DNA of 64,000 nucleotides, from positions 829 to 64,828 of the forward strand of contig NZ_JBICTY010000010.1 of NCBI RefSeq assembly GCF_043197895.1, in the 5' to 3' direction. Positions 49,716-58,703 of the stretch are shown piece after piece. Every line of letters begins with the position of its first letter. The first letter of the stretch is position 1. Origin of the DNA: Cryptosporangium sp. NPDC048952 (lineage in GTDB: Bacteria; Actinomycetota; Actinomycetes; Mycobacteriales; Cryptosporangiaceae). Position numbers and translations under genes: made by a program. Below the pieces are notes generated by a model that was given only the letters and a program-made list of their open reading frames with translations, was not told the origin of the DNA and made no database searches.

Positions 49716-51422
49716 ATGAGGTTGCTAAGGTCGCCTCCGCGCGCATCGTCGGTCGAGGAGGTACGGGTGGAAGTCGACGGCGCCGAACCGGCGCTGCGTT
49801 TCGCCGTCCTCGGTCCACTCCGGAGCTGGCGGGGTGGCCAGGCACTCGATCTCGGGCCGGGAAAGCAGCGGGCAGTACTCGCCGTACTGCTCCTCGACGC
49901 CAACCGCGTGGTACCGGCGCAGCGCATCGTCGAAGCGGTCTGGGACGACGATCCGCCGGAGAACGGGGCGAACGTCGTCCAGAAGTACGTCGCCGGTTTA
50001 CGCCGGGTCCTCGAGCCCGAGCGCTCGCCCCGGGCACCGTCACAGGTACTGACGCTCAGCGACGGCGGGTACCGACTCCACGTCGGCGAGTTCGACGTCC
50101 AGACGTTCCAGATCCGGGTGCGCAAGGCCGAGGCGTTGCGGCGCGGCAACGACACGGCCGCAGCGGCTGCCGAGTTACGTCGCGGGCTCGAGCTCTGGCG
50201 CGGGCAGCCGCTGGCCGGGCTCTCGGGTCGGTGGTTCGACGCCCGTCGGCAGCAGCTGGCCGACCAGTACGCCGCGGCGTGGGAGTCGCTCGCCGAGCTC
50301 GAGCTGGAGCTCGGTCGGCACTCCGGGCTCACCACGGAGTTGGGGCGCCTGGTCGGTGAGTACCCGGGGCGCGAAGGGCTACGTGCCGCGTTGATGCTCG
50401 CGCTCTACCGCTCTGGGCGGCAGGTGGAGGCACTGGCGGCCTACCGGGACGCCCAGGAGCACCTCCGCGAAGAGTTCGGCGTCGACCCCGGCGACCATCT
50501 CCGCGAACTGCACCAGCGCATCCTGTCCTCGGACCCGACGCTCGCGCTCCCGTCCAGGGCGAAACCCTCCGCACCGGACGGGCCGCCCGACGCAGCCCCG
50601 GAGCCGACGCTCCCCCCGTCGTCGTCGGCCCGCCCCGTACTACCTCCGCCACCGCCCTACGGCTTGGCACACCCGAGCCCGGCACCCCTCCTCCCCGGCC
50701 CTCCGTCGTACCCGGTCTCCCCGCCGGCCTCGATCAACCCCCCGGCTACGGACCACCGCGCTCTGATCGGCTGGATCAGAGCGGTGTTCTTCACGACATT
50801 GGCGGTGTGCACGCTCGGCCACGCGACGTTCCTCGTCGTCGGCTACTACGGCCTCCGCCGACGCAACACGTGGAACATCATCGCGGCTGTCGCCTATCTC
50901 CTGGGCACCCTGGGGTTGTGGGTGTGGGCGGCGATCCTGCCGACCGACCCCGAGACCGAGGTGCCCCTCACCCCCTGGGACTGGCTGCTACTTCCGTCGC
51001 TGGTGGTCTCGCCGCTGGTCGGAGCGGTGCACATCTTCGCGCTGGAGATGTTCAACCTCAACCGCATGAAGCAGGACGACAACGCCGCCGAGATCACCAA
51101 CCGGATGGACCGCGAGCGGGCGCTGCAGATGGTGACGCACCACCCGGAGATGGCCCGTGAACTGCGGATCGGTCGCCCCGACCTCCCCCGCTGGTTCGGT
51201 GACGGCGGCCTGATCGACGTGAACGGGGTGCCGGAGTACGTCCTGGCGCAGCTCCCCGGCATGACGCTGGAGCAGGCCGGCCGCATCATCGCCGACCGCA
51301 CCGTGCGCGGGCCGTACACGTCGGTCTACGACCTCACGTTGCGCCATCCCGACCTGAGGCTCAACCCCGCGGCCCTCAACCGCTTCGTCACGCTGATCGT
51401 GCCGAGCCGCTCCCCTACCTGA
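49716..51422 (+). CDS. SARP-family regulator (OmpR-type wHTH + BTAD) fused to a Pro-rich linker, transmembrane helices and a C-terminal ComEA-like helix-hairpin-helix domain
   Basis: LRFAVLGPL...RAVLAVLLL...; BTAD LMLALYRSGRQVEALAAY; TM segments; C-terminus LIDVNGVPEYVLAQLPGMTLEQAGRIIADRTVRGPYTSVYDL. Confidence 0.7.
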   Translation: MRLLRSPPRASSVEEVRVEVDGAEPALRFAVLGPLRSWRGGQALDLGPGKQRAVLAVLLLDANRVVPAQRIVEAVWDDDPPENGANVVQKYVAGLRRVLEPERSPRAPSQVLTLSDGGYRLHVGEFDVQTFQIRVRKAEALRRGNDTAAAAAELRRGLELWRGQPLAGLSGRWFDARRQQLADQYAAAWESLAELELELGRHSGLTTELGRLVGEYPGREGLRAALMLALYRSGRQVEALAAYRDAQEHLREEFGVDPGDHLRELHQRILSSDPTLALPSRAKPSAPDGPPDAAPEPTLPPSSSARPVLPPPPPYGLAHPSPAPLLPGPPSYPVSPPASINPPATDHRALIGWIRAVFFTTLAVCTLGHATFLVVGYYGLRRRNTWNIIAAVAYLLGTLGLWVWAAILPTDPETEVPLTPWDWLLLPSLVVSPLVGAVHIFALEMFNLNRMKQDDNAAEITNRMDRERALQMVTHHPEMARELRIGRPDLPRWFGDGGLIDVNGVPEYVLAQLPGMTLEQAGRIIADRTVRGPYTSVYDLTLRHPDLRLNPAALNRFVTLIVPSRSPT

Positions 51423-51435
51423 CGGAATCGCACGT

Positions 51436-52104
51436 ATGACCCGGTCCGTGGTGGGTAGCCCAGTGTCCATGAGCACCGAACCTGTCACTGACCCGGAGGC
51501 GGAGGGTCTCCCTGGCACCGCCGACGACGATTCGTTCGCGGACCCGGAGCGTGACGCCGCGCGTGCCGCCGACGGCCCGTCCTCGGCGCTCCCCGCCGAC
51601 CGGCCGATCGCGTCGACCGAGTTCGGCACGACCGCCGAGGAACAACGCGAGGGCGAACCGCTCGACGACCGGCTCCGCCGCGAGGTCCCCGACGTCATCG
51701 AGGAGATCGACGCCCCGACTGTCGCCGACCCCGTCGCCGAGGCCGAGGCCGAGTGGGAATCCGAGAACACGGACGAGACCGACTTGGACGTCGGCGGCAC
51801 CCCGCGCGACGACTACCCGGAGGTACACGGCCGCCCACTCGACGCGAGTGACGTCGCCATCGAGATCGACGGCGTGACGCCGGAGGCGGAGGATCCCGAG
51901 ACGGCCGCGGCCCTCGACGGGATCGACCCGCGCACGGAATCTCCGGTGTCGGTCTACGACCGCGACCTTGACAACGTGGCCGGCCGCCTCGTCGAGCCGG
52001 ACGAGGGCGCCCACGTCGACGACGAAAAAGACGCAATCGCGGACGAGCGTGGATTCGGCGGTACGTCGGCCGAAGAGCAGGCGATCCACGTCATTCGGGA
52101 GTAG
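51436..52104 (+). CDS. Highly acidic DUF5709-like protein
   Basis: pI about 3; C-terminal GGTSAEEQAIHVIRE. Confidence 0.5.
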   Translation: MTRSVVGSPVSMSTEPVTDPEAEGLPGTADDDSFADPERDAARAADGPSSALPADRPIASTEFGTTAEEQREGEPLDDRLRREVPDVIEEIDAPTVADPVAEAEAEWESENTDETDLDVGGTPRDDYPEVHGRPLDASDVAIEIDGVTPEAEDPETAAALDGIDPRTESPVSVYDRDLDNVAGRLVEPDEGAHVDDEKDAIADERGFGGTSAEEQAIHVIRE

Positions 52105-52131
52105 TTACGACTGACGAGCGAAAAGCAGTCC

Positions 52132-52168
52132 GCGGGCCGTCCCACCTGGGGCGGCCCGCATTTGTCTT
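52132..52168 (+). terminator. Intrinsic terminator: 8-bp GC stem (gcgggccg/cggcccgc) followed by a T-rich tract (atttgtctt)
   Basis: Read directly, 28 nt after the DUF5709 stop. Confidence 0.6.
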
Positions 52169-52184
52169 AGCTGGACCTTCGCCG

Positions 52185-52300
52185 GACTTGAGGCCCATTT
52201 AAATACCATCACGGCAACCTTTTTTTGTATTCTCACCATTGAATTGACGGCATTTTTTTCGGAGCTATCGTTTCAATTGTTTCCAGGCGCTGACTACGCA
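52185..52300 (+). promoter_or_regulatory. AT-rich island (about 40 % GC) carrying candidate promoter elements (ttgacg ... cgtttcaa) upstream of the ECF sigma gene
   Basis: Marked local GC drop; runs of T7. Confidence 0.5.
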
Positions 52301-52328
52301 CCCGGCAGCGCTGTGGGAGGTGGAAGGC

Positions 52329-52886
52329 GTGTTCGATCGGCCCCGCGAGCACGCCTTCCACAATTTTTTCGAGGCCCACCACGGAGAGCTGGCCCGCATG
52401 GCGTCGCTGATCACCGGTGACAGCAGCGTGGCCGACGACCTGGCCGCCGATGCCTTCGCGGAGATCTGGCGTTACTGGGACCGTGTCACCGCCGCTGACG
52501 ATCCGCTGGCCTACGCACGCGGAGTCCTGGTCAACGTCGCCCGCAGTTGGAACCGACGCCACGGGCTGGAAGAGCACAGCGCTCGGCTGGCCGGCCTGTT
52601 CCACCGCGACGAGCGTACGGCGGAGGCCGACGTTCCCGCCGCGCTCGACGTCCGCGCCGCGCTGGCCCGGCTGCCGTACCGCCGACGCGCGTGCGTCGTG
52701 CTGCGGTACGCCTTCGACCTCTCCGAGCGGGAGGTGGCCGACGTCCTCGGCATCTCCGTCGGCACCGTGAAGAGCCAGACGTCGCGCGGAGCCACCCAGT
52801 TGGCCGCGTTGATCGCCGCGACCGAGGACCCGCGGGCCGCGCTGGTCCGCAGCGGCGCCGGCGCGCGTCGGGGCGGTGTCAGATGA
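52329..52886 (+). CDS. ECF-family RNA polymerase sigma factor
   Basis: Region 2 (FAEIWRYWD, YARGVLVN) and region 4 (REVADVLGISVGTVKSQTSRG); RBS gggagg 8 nt upstream of GTG. Confidence 0.8.
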   Translation: MFDRPREHAFHNFFEAHHGELARMASLITGDSSVADDLAADAFAEIWRYWDRVTAADDPLAYARGVLVNVARSWNRRHGLEEHSARLAGLFHRDERTAEADVPAALDVRAALARLPYRRRACVVLRYAFDLSEREVADVLGISVGTVKSQTSRGATQLAALIAATEDPRAALVRSGAGARRGGVR

Positions 52887-53740
52887 CGCCCACCCCACGC
52901 GAGGAGGAACTGCGCATCCGCCTCCGAGCGGCAGCCGACGAGCACCGGCCCGACCGCGAGGCAATGCTGGCCCGGATCGACCGCCGCCGCGCCGAAGGCA
53001 CCGCGGGTCGCAGCGCGTTCCGCGCCGAAAGAAGCGGCGGCCGACGCCGGGCGGGCGGAATCGGCGGGTTCCGGCCAATCGCGGCAGCTGCGGCACTGGC
53101 CGGGGTCGTGACGCTCGGCGTCGGTGGCACCTGGCTCTTCGTCGGCTTCGGGCAGTCGGAGCAGCCCGACGCGGCGAGTGCACCACCGCCGCCGCCCGTG
53201 GCCGCGGTCACGCCCACCACGGCGGCCACCACCCCCGAGCCGGCACCGACCACGTCCTCGCCGACGCCGTCCGCCGCGTCGCCGTCCGCGCGGTCGACGT
53301 CACCGAGCAAGTCTTCGACGTCACCCCGGACGAGCCAGGCACCGATCCCGGACGGGAACGCCCGCGAACGCGGGTGGCTCTGGTCGAACGGGGCGCTGGA
53401 CCCGAACTCCAATGCCAATTGGTCGCAGAGCACCGTGACGCTCAAGAACAAGTCCGAGATCACCGCGCTCGACGTGACGATCCGCGTCGCGGTGACGTCC
53501 GGCCTGAAGACGACCGGCAACTGGAGCAGCGTCCCGAACGACAAGCTCGAGTCGGAAGTGCGTGAGGACGCCGGGTGGCTGTACTACCGGTTCCGGCTGC
53601 GGGACGGCGCCACGATGGCGCCGGGCAGCTACGTGTTCGCCGGCCAGTACAACCACGGGGGCCGGAGCACCGGCAAGGACGCGTACGTGGCGTCAGCGAG
53701 CGCCGGGAAGTCCGACGTTCAGGTCCACGGCGGGTTCTGA
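52883..53740 (+). CDS. Anti-sigma factor: cytoplasmic N-domain, one TM, Pro/Thr/Ser-rich linker, extracytoplasmic C-domain
   Basis: ATGA overlap with the sigma stop; TM LAGVVTLGVGGTWLFVGF. Confidence 0.6.
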   Translation: MTPTPREEELRIRLRAAADEHRPDREAMLARIDRRRAEGTAGRSAFRAERSGGRRRAGGIGGFRPIAAAAALAGVVTLGVGGTWLFVGFGQSEQPDAASAPPPPPVAAVTPTTAATTPEPAPTTSSPTPSAASPSARSTSPSKSSTSPRTSQAPIPDGNARERGWLWSNGALDPNSNANWSQSTVTLKNKSEITALDVTIRVAVTSGLKTTGNWSSVPNDKLESEVREDAGWLYYRFRLRDGATMAPGSYVFAGQYNHGGRSTGKDAYVASASAGKSDVQVHGGF

Positions 53741-55195
53741 CCAGGGCCGACCGACGCCGGCGAGCACCGCGGGCCGACGGGCCCGCAGCACCGCCGCCCA
53801 CGTCACCCCGGCGACGAACGCCGTCCCGATCAGCGCACCGAGCAACCATGACGGTCGGCCACCCGCCGGCGGGAACACCGACGACAGGCGCAGCAGGCCG
53901 AACACGAACACGAAGCCGGTCACCACCGCGGCAACGGCGCCGGCCACCGCACGCAACTCCCAGCCACCGACCTCGGTCTCCTCCTCGTCACTGCGGAGGA
54001 ACCAGAACAACGCACTGATCGACGTGAGAGCGAGCGCACCGGTGATGCCGAGCCCGCTGGCCAGGCCGAGCCAGAGCGCGTAGATGCGGTCGCCGGTCGC
54101 GATGACCGCCACCGCGCCGATCGCGGCGAGCGCCGGCACCCCGGCCCGCACGAGCCAGGCGTCCCGCGCACCGAGCAGGAACACCGGCGGCAGCACCCGG
54201 TCGAGCGCGAGCCCGGACAGCTGGCGGTTCACGGCCTTGTGCAGCACGACGGCGCACCCGACGACAGCGAGCACGAGCGTGAACATGATCAGCCGGGCGA
54301 CGTTCGGCGCCGCCTCCGGCCCCACGATGCGACCGATCAGCGTGAACAGCGATTGCCCGGTGGTGCCGGTGGTGGACGCGACGTCGTCCGGCGCAACCGC
54401 GGCACGGGCCTGGCCGCTGGTGGCCGCGCTGACCGCCCACGCGCTGAACGCGGACGCCGTCGTCATGATCAGTCCGGCCAGATAGGCCGCGCGCGGGACG
54501 TTCCGGCCGGGCGTCCGGACGTCGCGGATGAAGTTGAGGCTGGTGTCCAGGCCGATGAACGCCGTGACCGCGAAGCACAGCGCGATCCCGAACGAGCCGC
54601 TGAACAGCCAGCCGGGGTCGAGCGGCGCGGTGAAGTCACCGTCGCGCATCGGCAACTGCAGAGCCCGGACGTCGAACCAGATCAGGATGACGGCCTGCGC
54701 GGCGAGCAGCCCACCCAGCAGCCAGATGACCCGGCGCAGCCGCACCATGCTCAGCAGCGAGACCAGGACGACGCCGATCAGCGCCGCGACTTCACCCGGC
54801 AGATCGACGCCGATCAGGTCGACCGACAGCCCCGATAGCGTCAGCGCGAACACCGCGTAGAGCGAGACCAGCGATCCCAGGTACGACACCAGCACCACGG
54901 CGGCGACGCCGAGCCCGATCGACGGCCCCAGACCGGCGGAGACCAGCGCGTAGAGGCCTCCGGGGTGGCGGACACGGCGGGCCATGCTGGTGAACGCCAG
55001 CGCCGCGCACAGCAGCGCGATGCCGCCCAGCACGTAGACCAGCGGCATCGCGACCACGTGCCCGAACTGGAACGCACCGGGAATGGCCACCCACGCCACC
55101 AGCAGTGGCGCGTGGCTCATCGTCGCGACGATGGCCAATTGCCAGCCGGCCAGCGTGCCCTCGTGCGTAGCGGGTTCCGAGAGGTGGCGTGCCAT
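53693..55195 (-). CDS. APC-superfamily amino-acid permease
   Basis: 12 TM topology, APC-like N-terminal motif region. Confidence 0.6.
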   Translation of the reverse strand: MARHLSEPATHEGTLAGWQLAIVATMSHAPLLVAWVAIPGAFQFGHVVAMPLVYVLGGIALLCAALAFTSMARRVRHPGGLYALVSAGLGPSIGLGVAAVVLVSYLGSLVSLYAVFALTLSGLSVDLIGVDLPGEVAALIGVVLVSLLSMVRLRRVIWLLGGLLAAQAVILIWFDVRALQLPMRDGDFTAPLDPGWLFSGSFGIALCFAVTAFIGLDTSLNFIRDVRTPGRNVPRAAYLAGLIMTTASAFSAWAVSAATSGQARAAVAPDDVASTTGTTGQSLFTLIGRIVGPEAAPNVARLIMFTLVLAVVGCAVVLHKAVNRQLSGLALDRVLPPVFLLGARDAWLVRAGVPALAAIGAVAVIATGDRIYALWLGLASGLGITGALALTSISALFWFLRSDEEETEVGGWELRAVAGAVAAVVTGFVFVFGLLRLSSVFPPAGGRPSWLLGALIGTAFVAGVTWAAVLRARRPAVLAGVGRPWSEPAVDLNVGLPGAR

Positions 55196-55250
55196 GTGAT
55201 CGAGCGCTCCTATGCGAACAACGTTCGCGTAATAATAGGTCGATTGCTCG

Positions 55251-55985
55251 ATGCGTCAAGATGGGCCGATGAGCTCCTCGATCGACGTCACCCGGCTCGG
55301 TGGTGCTGCGTGGTGGCGTGACCGCCGCGCCGCGCGGGACCGCCGACGCCACCGGCAGGGCGGGCTCACGATCGAGCAGATCACGAAGACCGCGCTGGTC
55401 ATCGTCGACAGCGAGGGGCTGAACGCGCTGACGATGCGCCGGCTCGCCGACGAGCTGGGCACGGGTGCGGCGTCGCTCTACCGGCACGTCGCGAACCGCG
55501 AGGAGCTGCTGATCGAGGCCGTCGACCACGTCCTCGGCGAGGTGGAGTTCGGAACGCCGAAACCGACGTGGCGCGAGGACTTCGCCAACCAGGCCCACCT
55601 GCTGTGGTCGACGCTCATCGCGCACCCGCACCTGTTGCCGGTCGTGCTGCGGACCCCGCTGCTCGGACCGAACGCCGTCGCCGGACGCGAAGCGAGCCTG
55701 CACCGGATGCTCGCGCACGGGTTCCGCCCGGCGGACGTGCAGCCGATCTACACGGTCATCGTGACCACCGCACTGGGTCACGCCGCCTTCGCCGGTGCCA
55801 CCGAGCGGCCCGGCCCGTTGCGTCCCGAGGTCTACGCCGAGCTGCCCGCCGACGAGTACCCGACGGTGACCGCGCTGGCCGAGCTCACCGAACCGCAGAC
55901 CTCATCGGCGCTGTTCGCGCTGACGATCGACATCATGTTGGACGGCATCGAAACCCGTTACCCCCGCGAGGAGCGTCCGTGCTGA
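55251..55985 (+). CDS. TetR-family transcriptional regulator (start possibly at the ATG near 55269)
   Basis: HTH LTMRRLADELGTGAASLYRHVANREEL. Confidence 0.75.
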   Translation: MRQDGPMSSSIDVTRLGGAAWWRDRRAARDRRRHRQGGLTIEQITKTALVIVDSEGLNALTMRRLADELGTGAASLYRHVANREELLIEAVDHVLGEVEFGTPKPTWREDFANQAHLLWSTLIAHPHLLPVVLRTPLLGPNAVAGREASLHRMLAHGFRPADVQPIYTVIVTTALGHAAFAGATERPGPLRPEVYAELPADEYPTVTALAELTEPQTSSALFALTIDIMLDGIETRYPREERPC

Positions 55986-56941
55986 CCGATCTTCCCCTCG
56001 ACCAGCTGCTCACGTACCGCAGCGCCCAGACCCGCCCGGACGACTTCGTCGAGTTCTGGGACAAGACCCTGCTGGCGGCCCGTGGTTACGACATCGACGT
56101 GACCGCAGATCTGGTCTCCACCGGTTTGACCACGATCGACACATACGACGTCTCGTTCGCCGGGTATGACGGCGAGCGGATCCGGGCGTGGCTGCGCGTA
56201 CCGGCCGGCGCGCGCGAGCCGCTGCCCACCGTCGTCGAGTACATCGGCTACGGCGGCGGACGCGGCCACGTGCTGGAGAACCTGACCTGGGCCTCCGCCG
56301 GTTTCGCCCATCTCCACATGGACACCCGCGGCCAGGGCTCGAAGTGGAGCGTCGGGCACACGCCGGACTCGGCCGCGTCCGGGCCGCAGATCCCGGGGTT
56401 CGTCACCCGCGGCATCGAGGACCCGTCGACGTACTACTACCGGCGGCTCTTCACCGACGCGGTGCGCGCCGTCGACGCCGCCCGGGCGCTGCCGCAGGTC
56501 GACGTCGATCGGATCGCTGTCTACGGCAGGAGCCAGGGCGGCGCGCTGACGCTGGCCGTCGCCGGGCTGCGCGACGACGTCCGCGCTGCGGCGGCGATGG
56601 TGCCGTTCCTCTCCGACTTCCCGCGGTCGACCCGGATCACCGACGCGCACCCGTACCGCGAGGTGGCCGACTACCTGGCGACGCACCGCGAGAACGTCGC
56701 GCAGGCCCACCGCACGCTCTCGTACTTCGACGCGGTCAACATGGTGGCCACTGCGAATGCACCGGCGCTGATCTCGGTGGCGCTGATGGACGCGATCTGC
56801 CCGCCGTCGTCGGTGTACGCGGCGATCAACGCCTACGCCGGGCCGCACGAGGTGCTGACCTGGGACTACAACGGCCACGAGGGCGGCGGCCCGGTCGACC
56901 AGGAGCGGACGCTGAAGTTCGTGCGCGAGCAGCTGGGCTAA
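55979..56941 (+). CDS. Acetylxylan esterase / cephalosporin-C deacetylase (CE7) family
   Basis: GxSxG nucleophile GRSQGG; typical CE7 N-terminus (LDQLLTYRSAQTRPDDFVEFWDKTL); GTG start overlapping the tetR stop. Confidence 0.75.
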   Translation: MLTDLPLDQLLTYRSAQTRPDDFVEFWDKTLLAARGYDIDVTADLVSTGLTTIDTYDVSFAGYDGERIRAWLRVPAGAREPLPTVVEYIGYGGGRGHVLENLTWASAGFAHLHMDTRGQGSKWSVGHTPDSAASGPQIPGFVTRGIEDPSTYYYRRLFTDAVRAVDAARALPQVDVDRIAVYGRSQGGALTLAVAGLRDDVRAAAAMVPFLSDFPRSTRITDAHPYREVADYLATHRENVAQAHRTLSYFDAVNMVATANAPALISVALMDAICPPSSVYAAINAYAGPHEVLTWDYNGHEGGGPVDQERTLKFVREQLG

Positions 56942-58623
56942 CCGAGCCGGTGCACGTAGATGTGGTACCCGAGGTCGGCGGCGATCCGCGACAGGTGCGC
57001 GGCGAGCACGTCCGGCTCGGCGTCGGCGTCGGGTAGCTCGGCGTCGAGCACTCCGTAGACCTCGTCGGCACCCCGCACCGGAACGGCGATTCCGGTGCCG
57101 GGGCCGAACGTCACGGCGGCAGTGGTGAAGGTCGTGTCCACCCGGCCTTCACCACTGACCTGCTCGGACGTGCCGCGGGAGTCCGCGGTCAACCGGAGCT
57201 CGGTGCCCTCGGCCAGCCAGAGCCGGACCCGCGCGCCGGGCTGCGAGTCCGCGATCGCACCGACCAGACGCTGCGCGACCTCGACGGAGTAGCCGCAGCG
57301 CAGCAGCAGACGGGCGACGGCCAGCTCGCAGGCGCGCCGGCCCCGGTCCTGGCTCGCGCTGGTGACGTCACGCAGCGCCACCACCGCACCCTCCGCGCCG
57401 CTCCCCACGACGATCCGCTCGGCGTTGGCGAGGAAGCGACGCACCGGGCGGCCCGGGACCCGGAAGGTGAGCGGGGCGTCCCGGACGATCTCGCCCGCCA
57501 GGGCCCGCGCGCTCGGGTAGTCCGCCGGGTGCACCGGCTCGCCGTCGGGACCGAAGAGGTATTCGTGCAGCCGCAGCGCGGCCTCGACCAGCGACCCCGG
57601 CTTCGCCTCCATGACGTCGAGGAGCGCCGGGTTGCCGAACAGCGGGATGCCCTTCGCATCGCAGGCGTAGACCGGGGTGCCGAGGCTGTTGAGCACCGCT
57701 TGGAGCAGGCCCTCGCGGCGGCTGGCGTCGGCTTCCGCGTCGAACCGGCCCGACGCGTCGAGCAGTGACACGCAGATCCGGGTGCCGCCCGCGCCGGACA
57801 CCGCGCGGATCGACGCGTCCACCGGCATCCGGCGGCCATCCTTCGTCGTCGCCCACATCGTCCGGCGGCGCACTGCGCCGCGCCGCTCGGCCGGCAGCGC
57901 GGACAACGTCGCCAGGATCGCGCGGATCGTCACCGCGTCGCGGTCCGGGAACAGCAGCGTGTGCAGCGGGGTGCCGAGGACTTCCTCGCGGGTCCAGCCG
58001 AACGTCGTGGCCGCCGCCGCGTTCCAGGCGAGGATCGCGCCGTCGCCGTCGACCACCAGGAACGACTCGGCCAACGCGTCCAGCAACGGGACGAGGTCGA
58101 GCAGGTTGACGGTCAGCTCAGCGGCCATGCCGGCGACGCCGGGCAGCAGGCCGGCTGTCGTCGCGACACCGGTCAGCGCGGCACGCTGGGCGACCGTCCA
58201 CTCCCGGGGTGCGTGGTCGAGCGCGCAGACACTTCCGACGACGGCCCCGTCCGACCCGATCAGCGGCACCGCGGCGAACGCACCGATGCCGAGGTAGGAG
58301 ACGACGGCGGCGCGCGCAGCCGTCGGGTCGGCGGCGGTGTCGGCGAGCCACGCCGGTTCGCCGGAGGCCACCACGGTGCGGCACAGCGAGTCCGCGACCG
58401 CGATCCGCCGGGTCAGCGCGAACACACCGCCGATGCCGTGCAGACCGATGAGTCGGTCCCATTCGCCGTCGACCAGAGAGATGACGCCGATCGGTGCAGC
58501 CGTGACGCTGGCCGCCGCACCGGCGATCGCGTCCATGGAGAGCGGGACTCCGGAGAGGATCGCCGTTGCGCGATCCACCGCCGCGAGCCGTCTTTCGTCG
58601 TAGAGCTCGCCGTTATCGTCCAT
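56938..58623 (-). CDS. Multi-sensor protein (GAF-PAS-PAS-GAF-like) without a recognisable output domain
   Basis: PAS-like segment LVVDGDGAILAWNAAAATTFGWTREEVLG; GAF-like flanks. Confidence 0.55.
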   Translation of the reverse strand: MDDNGELYDERRLAAVDRATAILSGVPLSMDAIAGAAASVTAAPIGVISLVDGEWDRLIGLHGIGGVFALTRRIAVADSLCRTVVASGEPAWLADTAADPTAARAAVVSYLGIGAFAAVPLIGSDGAVVGSVCALDHAPREWTVAQRAALTGVATTAGLLPGVAGMAAELTVNLLDLVPLLDALAESFLVVDGDGAILAWNAAAATTFGWTREEVLGTPLHTLLFPDRDAVTIRAILATLSALPAERRGAVRRRTMWATTKDGRRMPVDASIRAVSGAGGTRICVSLLDASGRFDAEADASRREGLLQAVLNSLGTPVYACDAKGIPLFGNPALLDVMEAKPGSLVEAALRLHEYLFGPDGEPVHPADYPSARALAGEIVRDAPLTFRVPGRPVRRFLANAERIVVGSGAEGAVVALRDVTSASQDRGRRACELAVARLLLRCGYSVEVAQRLVGAIADSQPGARVRLWLAEGTELRLTADSRGTSEQVSGEGRVDTTFTTAAVTFGPGTGIAVPVRGADEVYGVLDAELPDADAEPDVLAAHLSRIAADLGYHIYVHRLG

Positions 58624-58703
58624 TTGCGCGCTTTGACAGAGGGAGTAGATCAACGCGCAGAAACGATAACAGCATTAACGGCATTTCCGTCCCTTTGCGC
58701 CGG

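Noticed and set aside
48676-50043. Long form of the lipoprotein ORF
   Set aside because: Upstream 180 codons are Arg/Pro-rich and overlap the SARP promoter region. The credible start is the Met preceding the lipobox (49503).
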